DNA of 25,201 bases from Bdellovibrionia bacterium (GCA_049424145.1 JBMSSC010000028.1:1-25201); one strand, 5' to 3'. Counted from the first letter of the stretch, positions 9,421-17,427 are shown. The notes: generated by a model not told the origin, from the letters alone. A program made the numbers and translations.

Positions 9421-10985
9421 GCGGGAGCAGCGTCAAACTTCTTATTGAGGATGATCTGCTGGACGATACTTGCCAAGGCGTTGACTAGCATATAGACCGT
9501 CAGCCCGGCCGGTAAGCTCATCATCAGGGCTCCAAAAATGAGAGGCATCAACTGCATCATCTTGGCCTGAGCTGGATCGGTTGCCGTATTGGGCGTGAGC
9601 TTTTGTTGAATAAACATCGTGGCCGAAAGAAGAATCGGGGTGACGTAAAACGGATCGTGGCTGGAGAGGTCTTGGATCCAGAACATAAATGGCGCATGAT
9701 AAAGCTCAATGGAGCTGTAGAGCACCCGGTAGAGAGCAAAAAAGATGGGCATTTGAATCAACATAGGCAAGCATCCCGCCATGGGGTTGTAGCCATTGTT
9801 TTTCATCATCACCAGCATCTCTCGGTTGAGCGCTTCTTTATCGTCTTTGTAGCGCTCCCGGATTTTTTGCAGCTGGGGTTGAAGCTTGGCCATTTTCTTC
9901 ATGCTCTTCATGCTTTTGTAGGTGAGCGGGTAGGTGGCAATCTTCAGCAGTAGGGTTAAAACAATAATGGCCAGTCCATAGTTTTGAGCAAACTGATAGA
10001 GCCATTTTAAAATTTTAAGCAGCGGGTAGGCAAAAACAGTGAACCAACCAAAGTCGACCGTGTGGTCTAAGGTGGGCTCCACTTGCCTGAGCAGATCCAG
10101 CTCTTTGGGTCCAAAGTAGACCTTCAAAGGCATCTGAATGAAATTCTCCGTGATGGGGTAAACTAGGCTTAAGCCCGCTTTATTGGCAGCCACGGGCTGA
10201 ATGAGTCCTGTGGGCAGCGGGGCTTGGGGCTGGGGAATCAGCGAGAGAATGAAGTAGCGGCTGGTTGCGGCAATGTATTGAACGGCTGAGGGAATGTCTT
10301 TTAAGGTGAGCGAGTCTTTTAACAACAAGCGCTCTAGGGATTGATTGCTCCAATAGACGAGCTGTCGGTCTTGGGCCTCAGGATCCTTGTCAACGCCTTG
10401 AGAGTAAAGCGAGACAAAGGCATACTTGGGACGTTTGGTTTTAAAGTCAGCTCTGACGTTGAGTTGAACGGCCGGTTGGTTTTGGCTCCATTGAAACTCG
10501 CGAGTGAGCTTGACGTTTGAGTCTTCGTAGACCCACAAAGCCCCTTGAGCAGTGGAGGAGAGCTTCCCACGCACCTGGGAAAGGTAAGCAAAATCGGGGT
10601 CATCGAAAGCCAAGTTCACTTCCCCTTTTTGTAAGGTCACCGACTCCAGATCAACGGGCGCCGACTCGGGAGTTAAGCCTTGTCGGTAGTTTTTTAAAAC
10701 CCAGTTCTTAAAGTAGAGGTTTCCATCCGAGATTTGAGCGGAGCTGATTTGGGTCTGAAGCTCCAGGGAGGTTTCGGGCCGGTCCGCTTGCAGGGTGACG
10801 GGTTGGGCTTGAAGCTGGGGGGAAGTTTGCTGCGTGGTGTTTTGGGGAGCGGAGGGAGCGGCTGAGCCCGGGGAGGTGACGGCTAAGGGAGCTCCTTTCA
10901 TTTGTTGGGGCTCCACGTAAAATTTTTGCCAGCCCAGCATAATCAAAAAAGACAAAGCGACTGCCAAAATTGTATTTTTTTCCAT
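9417..10985 (-). CDS. yidC: Membrane protein insertase YidC
   Basis: N-terminal TM (MEKNTILAVALSFLIMLGWQ), YFGPK, VDFGWF, NYGLAIIVLT, NPMAGCLPMLIQMPIFFALY, WIQDLS, LPAGLTVY. Start taken as ATG 10985; GTG 10997 is an alternative. Confidence 0.95.
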   Translation of the reverse strand: MEKNTILAVALSFLIMLGWQKFYVEPQQMKGAPLAVTSPGSAAPSAPQNTTQQTSPQLQAQPVTLQADRPETSLELQTQISSAQISDGNLYFKNWVLKNYRQGLTPESAPVDLESVTLQKGEVNLAFDDPDFAYLSQVRGKLSSTAQGALWVYEDSNVKLTREFQWSQNQPAVQLNVRADFKTKRPKYAFVSLYSQGVDKDPEAQDRQLVYWSNQSLERLLLKDSLTLKDIPSAVQYIAATSRYFILSLIPQPQAPLPTGLIQPVAANKAGLSLVYPITENFIQMPLKVYFGPKELDLLRQVEPTLDHTVDFGWFTVFAYPLLKILKWLYQFAQNYGLAIIVLTLLLKIATYPLTYKSMKSMKKMAKLQPQLQKIRERYKDDKEALNREMLVMMKNNGYNPMAGCLPMLIQMPIFFALYRVLYSSIELYHAPFMFWIQDLSSHDPFYVTPILLSATMFIQQKLTPNTATDPAQAKMMQLMPLIFGALMMSLPAGLTVYMLVNALASIVQQIILNKKFDAAPA

Positions 10986-11347
10986 TCCTGATGACACCTT
11001 TTCATGAGCGCTTTTTTGATCCGAGCTGCATTCCCTTTGTTTTGGAGTGAATGAGCTTGGAGTTCAAAGACTTCCGTCTGAGTCCCTTGAGAAGCGTTCT
11101 CGTTTTACCTCGGGATTGCGTGTGGCTTGATGAGTGCCTTTTTTTGACGGAGTGAAACCCTGAGTGATTGTTGTTTTAAATTCCAAAGTGAACCGTGATA
11201 CTCCTGCCTCACGCCCCTTGAGATTTCCTTTTTGATCTGAGGGCAAATTAGCTGAATAGCGGGGGAAATCAAGACAAAAATCGGCAGTCAGCCCACTCTG
11301 AAGTGGAGTTTCAGTTCTCTTTTCCTGCTGGAGTTGAACCCGAACTT

Positions 11348-11620
11348 TTACTCTTTTTGGCAGCGCAGAGAGCGAGCCTCAGGAACGGGGTCATAGCCTG
11401 CTTGGGCAAACGGATGACATCGGGCGAGTCGCTTTAGGGTCAGGTACGCGCCTGTGATGAATCCATGGGTCTGAAACGCTTGATCTGCATACGCACTGCA
11501 TGTGGGCTCAAAACGACACCCTAAGCCTGGCCCTGTGATCAGGCGTGTGGCTTGATGAAAAAAAGGAGAGACGTAGGCACGGTAGAAAAAAAACAGGGCT
11601 TTAAGAAGACGTCCGAGCAT
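11348..11620 (-). CDS. yidD: Membrane protein insertion efficiency factor YidD
   Basis: [25 protein letters not shown]. Canonical position between rnpA and yidC. Confidence 0.93.
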   Translation of the reverse strand: MLGRLLKALFFFYRAYVSPFFHQATRLITGPGLGCRFEPTCSAYADQAFQTHGFITGAYLTLKRLARCHPFAQAGYDPVPEARSLRCQKE

Positions 11621-11936
11621 GGGCGAGTTGATTCCTTAAGCACTTACCTAAGCGAAGCGGATAAGGATGGGTCATCTTCTTATGGGAGGGGATGACCACA
11701 TTATAGTCGTACGAACCCAAAGCAGAGGCTTGTTTTCTAAAAGACTCGCGAATTTGTCGCTTCACTTGATTTCTTTGTACCGAAGAGCCTCGAGCTTTAA
11801 TTGTGATTCCTAAACGAAAATGAGGTAATTCGTTTTTAATCTGGAAAATCGTGCACTCAGAGAGGCGAAGGACCTTGCTTCCACTGAAGAACTTCCGATA
11901 CTCCCAATGGTAGTGGAGACGGTGTTCTGGACTCAG
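11601..11936 (-). CDS. rnpA: Ribonuclease P protein component (start uncertain, non-canonical; frame open from 11966)
   Basis: Manual translation: (ATSTNPRSEA)[111 protein letters not shown]. It has the N-terminal RL, RLGITI and an RNR-like motif ([15 protein letters not shown]), and lies between rpmH and yidD. Absent from the ORF track. Confidence 0.85.
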   Translation of the reverse strand: MSPEHRLHYHWEYRKFFSGSKVLRLSECTIFQIKNELPHFRLGITIKARGSSVQRNQVKRQIRESFRKQASALGSYDYNVVIPSHKKMTHPYPLRLGKCLRNQLAHARTSS

Positions 11937-11966
11937 GGCTTCGGAACGCGGATTCGTAGACGTAGC

Positions 11967-12116
11967 TTACTTGCCTGCGACTTGAGCGGTTAAGCGCTTG
12001 CGGCCTTTGGCACGACGGCGCCTGAGCACATTTTGTCCTCCCACTGTTTTCATGCGAGCACGAAAACCATGGCGACGACGACGTTTGGTACGACTAGGTT
12101 GATATGTTCTTTTCAT
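11967..12116 (-). CDS. rpmH: 50S ribosomal protein L34
   Basis: [45 protein letters not shown] at 12116 with GGAG SD upstream; the longer TTG start in the track is unlikely. Confidence 0.97.
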   Translation of the reverse strand: MKRTYQPSRTKRRRRHGFRARMKTVGGQNVLRRRRAKGRKRLTAQVAGK

Positions 12117-12147
12117 AAAAATAAAACTCCAAAAATCAGATATTTGT

Positions 12148-12198
12148 GGGATACCCAATAGGAGGTGCGTTGTCAAGAAGAACTCCTCGTGCTATTCG
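12148..12198. promoter_or_regulatory. Putative divergent sigma70 promoters for rpmH and dnaA with overlapping -35 elements
   Basis: Minus strand: TTGACA(12176-12171)-17 bp-TATCCC(12153-12148). Plus strand: TTGTCA(12170-12175)-17 bp-TATTCG(12193-12198) with an extended TGn. Confidence 0.5.
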
Positions 12199-12213
12199 AA
12201 GAGACTCCTTAAT

Positions 12214-13656
12214 ATGAAAGATTCAAACCAAATTGATCAAGGCCAATGGCCCGAGCTGTGGGATGCCACGTGTCGGCTTTTAGAACAGACGGTGGTTCCC
12301 AGTCAGCTCTATGCGTGGATTACTCCGTTGGAATTCACGGAGGTCACGCAAGAGCCTCACGCTTTGAAAGTGAAGATGAGCGCTCCTAATGATTTCACGG
12401 CTCAATGGATCCGAGATCATTATCTGAAGCCCATTAATACAGCCCTCAGTCAGGTGTTAGGCTCCCCCTGTGAGCTTCAGCTTCATGTCAATGAAGCTCG
12501 GAAAAACGCCCCTTTCAGTATCTTTGAAGACCCCCAAGAAGTCGCTCTTGAGGAAGAAAAAGCCCAATTGATGGCGCCTGCTTTTCAGGAGCCTCCCCTG
12601 CCTCAGGTCACAGCCGGCTCCAGCAGAGCGGTACAAGATCGCCCGGATCCTCGGTACGTTTTTGATAACTTCGTGGTGGGTGCAAGTAACCAATTTGCTC
12701 ATGCCACGGCCATTGCGGTGGCCGATCAACCCGCTCGTCAATACAATCCCTTGTTTCTCTACAGCCCCCCCGGCTTAGGAAAAACCCACTTACTTCATGC
12801 CATTGGAAACCGAGTTTTAGCCAATAATCCTGAGGCACGAGTGGCTTACTTGTCGGCTGAAAAGTTTGTCAATGAACTGATTGATTCGCTTCAGCATCGA
12901 AGGATGTCGGAGTTTCGGGTGAAGTACCGCAATAGCTTCGACATGATCTTAATTGATGACATTCAGTTCATTGCGGGAAAAAACACGAGTGAAGAAGAGT
13001 TTTTTCATACCTTTAATGCTCTTCATAGCTCCAAACGCCAGATCGTAGTCAGCAGTGATCGTCCTCCGAAGGAGATCGAAGGGCTCGAGGAGCGCGTGAG
13101 AACTCGTTTTGAATGGGGATTGATTGCTGATATCAGCCCCCCTGAAATTGAAACCCGAATTGCGATCTTAAAATCCAAAGCAGAACGAGATGACATCTAC
13201 TTACCCGATGATGTGGCCACCTTTTTAGCCTCTTACATTAAGTCCAACGTTCGGGAGTTGGAGGGTGTGTTGATTCGTCTTCAAGCCCAAGCTTCGTTAA
13301 GTGGGGCTGAGATCTCTCTTGAGATGGCCAAGCAGGAGTTAAAAACGGCTTTCATCCCAGAAGAGGCCAGTGCATCCTATACGATTGAGGCGATTCAAAA
13401 CGCGGTGATGAAGCACTTTTGTCTGAAGCTTCAAGACTTAAAATCCACCACTCGGAGTCGAGCCGTTTCCTTACCCAGGCAAATTGCCATGTATTTGATT
13501 CGCAAATACAGTGGACTCGGGTTTAAGGAGATTGGCGGGTTTTTTGGAGGCAAAGATCATACGACGATTTTACATGCCTGCAATAAAATCGAAGCCGGCA
13601 TTGAAACGGATGAAGAGATTCGGGAAGCCGTCGAAGCGATTCAAAATCTACTATAA
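12214..13656 (+). CDS. dnaA: Chromosomal replication initiator DnaA
   Basis: YVFDNFVVGASNQFAHA, YNPLFLYSPPGLGKTHL, LIDDIQF, EEFFHTFN, SDRPP, SNVRELEG, RQIAMYL, GGKDHTT. Confidence 0.98.
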   Translation: MKDSNQIDQGQWPELWDATCRLLEQTVVPSQLYAWITPLEFTEVTQEPHALKVKMSAPNDFTAQWIRDHYLKPINTALSQVLGSPCELQLHVNEARKNAPFSIFEDPQEVALEEEKAQLMAPAFQEPPLPQVTAGSSRAVQDRPDPRYVFDNFVVGASNQFAHATAIAVADQPARQYNPLFLYSPPGLGKTHLLHAIGNRVLANNPEARVAYLSAEKFVNELIDSLQHRRMSEFRVKYRNSFDMILIDDIQFIAGKNTSEEEFFHTFNALHSSKRQIVVSSDRPPKEIEGLEERVRTRFEWGLIADISPPEIETRIAILKSKAERDDIYLPDDVATFLASYIKSNVRELEGVLIRLQAQASLSGAEISLEMAKQELKTAFIPEEASASYTIEAIQNAVMKHFCLKLQDLKSTTRSRAVSLPRQIAMYLIRKYSGLGFKEIGGFFGGKDHTTILHACNKIEAGIETDEEIREAVEAIQNLL

Positions 13657-13696
13657 ACTCGGGATTGGAGTTGGGATCCCCTGGAACGAGGGATAA

Positions 13697-15439
13697 ATGG
13701 CCAAGCAAGCATCCAACCTGAAGCTTTCGGAAAATAGTTTAGAGGTTTTAAAAAGTCGGTACCTGTTAAAAAATCTGGCGGGTGAAGTGGTGGAGACTCC
13801 GGTGGGGATGTTCTCTCGAGTGGCTCAGGCGGTGGCTGAAGTGGAGTCCAGGCGAGTCTCTTATTGGCAAGAAAAGTTTTACGAACTCATGGTCAAAAAG
13901 CGCTTCTTGCCTAATAGCCCCACTCTCATGAACGCAGGCAAAAAAGGAGGTCAACTCTCCGCCTGCTTTGTGTTGCCGATTTCTGATTCTTTAGAGTCCA
14001 TCTTTGATGCGTTAAAATCAGCGGCCAAGATTCATCAATCGGGAGGTGGCACGGGATTCTCTTTCTCCCGGCTCAGAGCGAAGGGCACGCGCGTGAGAAG
14101 TTCTCAAGGCGTGGCTTCAGGCCCTGTTTCTTTTATCCGGATTTTTGACGTGGCAACGGACACGATTAAACAAGGCGGCGTGCGGCGAGGCGCCAATATG
14201 GCCGTCCTTCGGGTGGATCATCCCGATATCCGAGAATTCATTGAGGCCAAACTCAACCCTCAAGCCATGAGGAACTTTAATCTCTCTGTGGGAATAACGG
14301 ATGAGTTCATGACTGCATTGAAGTCAGGCTCATCGTTTGCTTTAAAAGACCCGCGTGATGGGCGCAGGATTCAGAGTGTTTCTGCCCCTGAGCTCTGGGA
14401 TCGCATCACCGATGCGGCTTGGCAGTGCGGGGACCCAGGTCTTGTGTTCTTGGACCGGATGAACTTATTGAATCCCACGCCTCAAGAAGGAGAGATGGAG
14501 AGCACGAATCCCTGTGGGGAGCAGCCGCTGTTACCCTTTGAGTCTTGCAACTTAGGATCCTTGAATCTGAGTGCCTACGCGCAAAAAACGGGGTTTAATT
14601 GGCGTGCGTTTCGAGACGACATTGAAGTGGCCGTGCGATTTTTAGATAACGTGATGGATGCCAATGCGTATCCACTGGAGGAGATTAAAAGAATCACCAC
14701 ACGAAATCGAAAAATCGGGCTAGGCGTCATGGGCTTTGCCGATCTGCTCTTGCATCTGGGGATTTCTTTTGCCAGCGAAGAAGCCATTGAATGGGGCGAA
14801 AGACTCATGAGCTTTTTAGATCGTCAAGCCAAGCTGACTTCTCAAGCGCTGGCTCGGGAAAAAGGAGCATTTCCCAATTGGAAAGGTTCGCTTTGGAATC
14901 GCTTGGGTTATGCGCCAATGAGAAACGCAACGGTGAGTACGGTGGCTCCCACGGGAACCATCAGTTTGATCTTAGGCACCTCCAGTGGAATTGAGCCGAT
15001 TTTTTCAGGGCTCTTTTATCGAAACGTCTTGGATGGAAAACGGCTCGTGGAGCTTCACCCGCTCGTGGAAAAGAAGTTCAGCCAGGCGTCTCAGGCTTCG
15101 AAAAAAAGGCAGTGGGATTTGAACCACTTAACGGAGCAGAGGATTGCTGAGCTCATGGGGCCTGCTTGGGCTCCTGCTTGGAGAGTGCCCGTCAGTAGTC
15201 ATGTGAAGATTCAAGCTGCATTTCAGCGGCATTCAGATAGTGCCGTGTCTAAAACCATTAATTTGCCTCAATCTGCAACTCGCTCCGAGGTGTCCATGGC
15301 TTTTCAGCTAGCCTATCAATGGGGTTGTAAAGGCATCACCGTTTACCGGGATCAGAGTCGGGCTTCTCAGGTGCTTGAGGTTCAGGATTCCAAAGGACAC
15401 ACCATGAGTAAGCTTGAAGAAATCTGTTCATCGTGCTAG
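13697..15439 (+). CDS. nrdJ: Adenosylcobalamin-dependent (class II) ribonucleotide reductase, compact form
   Basis: FLPNSPTLMNAG, LSACFV, RRGANM, TNPCGEQPL, SCNLGS, APTGTIS, SKTIN, KGITVYRD (no class Ia YY pair), C-terminal CSSC. No ATP-cone recognised. Confidence 0.88.
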   Translation: MAKQASNLKLSENSLEVLKSRYLLKNLAGEVVETPVGMFSRVAQAVAEVESRRVSYWQEKFYELMVKKRFLPNSPTLMNAGKKGGQLSACFVLPISDSLESIFDALKSAAKIHQSGGGTGFSFSRLRAKGTRVRSSQGVASGPVSFIRIFDVATDTIKQGGVRRGANMAVLRVDHPDIREFIEAKLNPQAMRNFNLSVGITDEFMTALKSGSSFALKDPRDGRRIQSVSAPELWDRITDAAWQCGDPGLVFLDRMNLLNPTPQEGEMESTNPCGEQPLLPFESCNLGSLNLSAYAQKTGFNWRAFRDDIEVAVRFLDNVMDANAYPLEEIKRITTRNRKIGLGVMGFADLLLHLGISFASEEAIEWGERLMSFLDRQAKLTSQALAREKGAFPNWKGSLWNRLGYAPMRNATVSTVAPTGTISLILGTSSGIEPIFSGLFYRNVLDGKRLVELHPLVEKKFSQASQASKKRQWDLNHLTEQRIAELMGPAWAPAWRVPVSSHVKIQAAFQRHSDSAVSKTINLPQSATRSEVSMAFQLAYQWGCKGITVYRDQSRASQVLEVQDSKGHTMSKLEEICSSC

Positions 15440-15473
15440 TGGATGGTTTCGGATTCGTCAGGTGCAATAAGGT

Positions 15474-15550
15474 GCGGGCGTAGCTCAGTTGGCTAGAGTG
15501 CGAGCTTCCCAAGCTTGAGGTCGAGGGTTCGAGCCCCTTCGCCCGCTCCA
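15474..15550 (+). tRNA. tRNA-Gly (anticodon CCC)
   Basis: Acceptor stem GCGGGCG/CGCCCGC, D arm TAGCTCAGTTGGCTAGAG, anticodon loop TTCCCAA, T loop GGTTCGAG, encoded TCCA end. Confidence 0.97.
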
Positions 15551-15785
15551 ATTCCTGAAGCCAACAGTCCAGTCAAACCAGCCAAATTGACTGTTCAATA
15601 AAAACGGTAAAAAATTTTTTCTCCCCCGGATTGTGATCTCGATGGTTTTATTGAAGCGTTTTTCTTTGTCCCGCTGAGTTGAGCACAGGGAAGGGAGACC
15701 GCGCGAGTGGATCTGTTTGGATCCAGAGAGGGGTTGGAAATTCAGGGCGTCTAGAAGAGGCTCGGGTTTGGAGTGAGGTCAGAGT

Positions 15786-16427
15786 ATGATTGATTTGAAT
15801 GGGAAGATTTTTAAAAAAATCCTCATCCTCGGTTGCTTGTCCAGTGTCGTCGTGAGTGTGGGATTGGCCAAGGCTCCTGACGAGGGCGGGCAGGAGTCCG
15901 CTCAGGTTGTTCTTGAAGTGCAGCCTGATTTAGGAACTATTTTAAACCTGGCGATCCAGCAGATCAGTCCTGCTTCAGCTTTCATTTTACGCTTTGATGT
16001 TGCCCAGCGCGAGGGGGATTTAAGAGGGCAAGTGGATGCCCTAGTCGGGTTGGCGCGTTTTGCAAGCTCCAACCCTGAGCAGCGGAGGTACTACATTTTT
16101 AGGGCCTTACAAACGGCTCAGGCTGATGCGGCTCTTCAAGTGGTGGTTTTTCTGGCGTTGGCTGAAATGGACGTGGATCCAGAGACCCATTTTGGGTTTG
16201 CACTTGATCTGGCTCAGCGCTCGGAGAATGTGGTCGGTCAGGTGGAAGCGCTTGTGGGGTTGGCCCGCCTTTGGGGACGACAGGGCGATCGGAACCAACG
16301 CGATGCTTACTTTGCAGAGGCTTTGAGTCGAGCCCAAGGACAGGATCAACTGATGGAGGCAGTCCAAAGGGCACAGCGGATGGCTCGGGGGAATGATTTT
16401 TTTCGGGCCTTGTCCGAGGAAGAGTAG
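15786..16427 (+). CDS. Hypothetical exported helical-repeat (TPR-like) protein
   Basis: Basic-then-hydrophobic N-terminus. Internal duplication FDVAQREGDLRGQVDALVGLARF / LDLAQRSENVVGQVEALVGLARL. GAGG SD upstream. Confidence 0.65.
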   Translation: MIDLNGKIFKKILILGCLSSVVVSVGLAKAPDEGGQESAQVVLEVQPDLGTILNLAIQQISPASAFILRFDVAQREGDLRGQVDALVGLARFASSNPEQRRYYIFRALQTAQADAALQVVVFLALAEMDVDPETHFGFALDLAQRSENVVGQVEALVGLARLWGRQGDRNQRDAYFAEALSRAQGQDQLMEAVQRAQRMARGNDFFRALSEEE

Positions 16428-16476
16428 ATCCCTTCAGTGCCTGGAGACCTGTAGGCGAAGCTCTGGTTAGGCGCTA

Positions 16477-16495
16477 AATGCAATTTACTTGCATT
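16477..16495. promoter_or_regulatory. Palindromic operator 1 (putative Zur box) overlapping the tonB -35
   Basis: AATGCAA-TTTAC-TTGCATT. The right arm doubles as -35 TTGCAT, 17 bp before CATGAT (16512-16517). Confidence 0.75.
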
Positions 16496-16547
16496 CGCAA
16501 GGGGAAACGGGCATGATTCAAGACGTTGGCAGATCGTCTAACGTTTT

Positions 16548-17360
16548 ATGAGTACCGGTAATCAAGAATTTGCATTCTCCTCGTCTTTTCACTCGAGTCT
16601 CTCGAGTCACTCCAGTTATTCCATGAACTCCTCGTCTTTCTGCTTAGGAGGTTTCCGGGATTTCAGCCTTTTGAAGGACTCAAGGCCTTGGAATTGGTCG
16701 CAGATTAAACCCTTCTGGGGCAGTCTGGGATTACATCTGTCGGTGGCCCTAGGGATGATCGCAGGCTCTCATGTTGGCTTGCCTGAGCGAACTACGTTAA
16801 GTCCTGTCCCGATTGAATTAGTGGGGGCCTTATCAATCGATTCGATGCATCATGCCGGGGTGAAGTCCACGTCTCAGTCTTCGGGTGAAAAAGCCAAAAA
16901 AAAGCGCAAATCAAATATCAAATCACAGGGAGGCACTCTTCCATCACCTGTAGCCCATGCCCCTGCTGCTCCCGTTATGAAGGAGAGCGCTGCGGCTCAG
17001 GATTTACCCCAAAGCGATTTACCTCAAAGTGGTCAGAACACGGAAGGCAGTGCTGTGGCTTTTGGATCGGCTTTGCAGCTCTACGCAGCTAGTGTGGCTC
17101 AGCGTATTGATGCCATGAAGTCCTATCCCCAAAGCGCTTTGTTTCGAGGAGAAGAAGGACGAGTCGTGGTTTCCATTCGAGTCCTTCCTTCGGGGCAGAT
17201 CCACCACTTAGCCATCGTGGAGCCTTGTTTTTTTGAGGCTTTAAATCACGCCGCTTTAGATACCTTAAGTCAGGTGGGTCAACTTCCCCCTTTACCCCAA
17301 GGAATGGATCGAGAGATTGAGATTCGCATTCCTCTCGATTACTCATTAAAGTCGACTTAA
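16548..17360 (+). CDS. tonB: Energy transducer TonB family protein (start uncertain)
   Basis: TM helix with SxxxH (SLGLHLSV), low-complexity linker, TonB C-terminal domain (YPQSALFRGEEGRVVVSIRVLPSG...LNHAALDTL). Adjacent to a TonB-dependent receptor. Confidence 0.8.
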   Translation: MSTGNQEFAFSSSFHSSLSSHSSYSMNSSSFCLGGFRDFSLLKDSRPWNWSQIKPFWGSLGLHLSVALGMIAGSHVGLPERTTLSPVPIELVGALSIDSMHHAGVKSTSQSSGEKAKKKRKSNIKSQGGTLPSPVAHAPAAPVMKESAAAQDLPQSDLPQSGQNTEGSAVAFGSALQLYAASVAQRIDAMKSYPQSALFRGEEGRVVVSIRVLPSGQIHHLAIVEPCFFEALNHAALDTLSQVGQLPPLPQGMDREIEIRIPLDYSLKST

Positions 17361-17404
17361 AAAAGAAGTCCTCTTATGGAGCCTTCGTTGAGGGAGAGGG
17401 TTCT

Positions 17405-17427
17405 TAAATGCAATTGTGTTGCATTTA
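17405..17427. promoter_or_regulatory. Palindromic operator 2 (putative Zur box) overlapping the receptor -35
   Basis: Perfect 9-5-9 inverted repeat TAAATGCAA-TTGTG-TTGCATTTA. TTGCAT lies 17 bp before TGn-TATCCC (17442-17447). Confidence 0.8.

Noticed and set aside
11064..11246. 60-aa ORF upstream of yidC as a MifM/ApcA-like arrest peptide
   Set aside because: TTG start without SD that overlaps the candidate -10. No transmembrane segment and no RAPP-like or acidic arrest motif.
11670..11697. Inverted repeat GGTCATC...GATGACC inside rnpA as a terminator
   Set aside because: On the mRNA strand it is a 7-bp stem with a 14-nt loop and no U-tract.
12144..12153. TTGTGGGATA as a DnaA box
   Set aside because: Needs 3 mismatches or an indel to fit TTATCCACA, is isolated, and is better explained as the rpmH -10 region.
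15563..15595. CAGTCAA...TTGACTG inverted repeat after the tRNA as an intrinsic terminator
   Set aside because: Weak stem, 10-nt loop and no proper U-tract; not supportable.
15474..15785. tRNA-Gly as the attachment site of a prophage or island
   Set aside because: No integrase and no duplicated tRNA 3' end seen in the window; downstream genes look chromosomal.
16577..16639. 12-bp direct repeat CTCCTCGTCTTT and a lone TTGCATT half-site near the tonB start
   Set aside because: Short, in low-complexity Ser-rich sequence, and lacking a matching left operator arm. It only indicates that the tonB start is uncertain.
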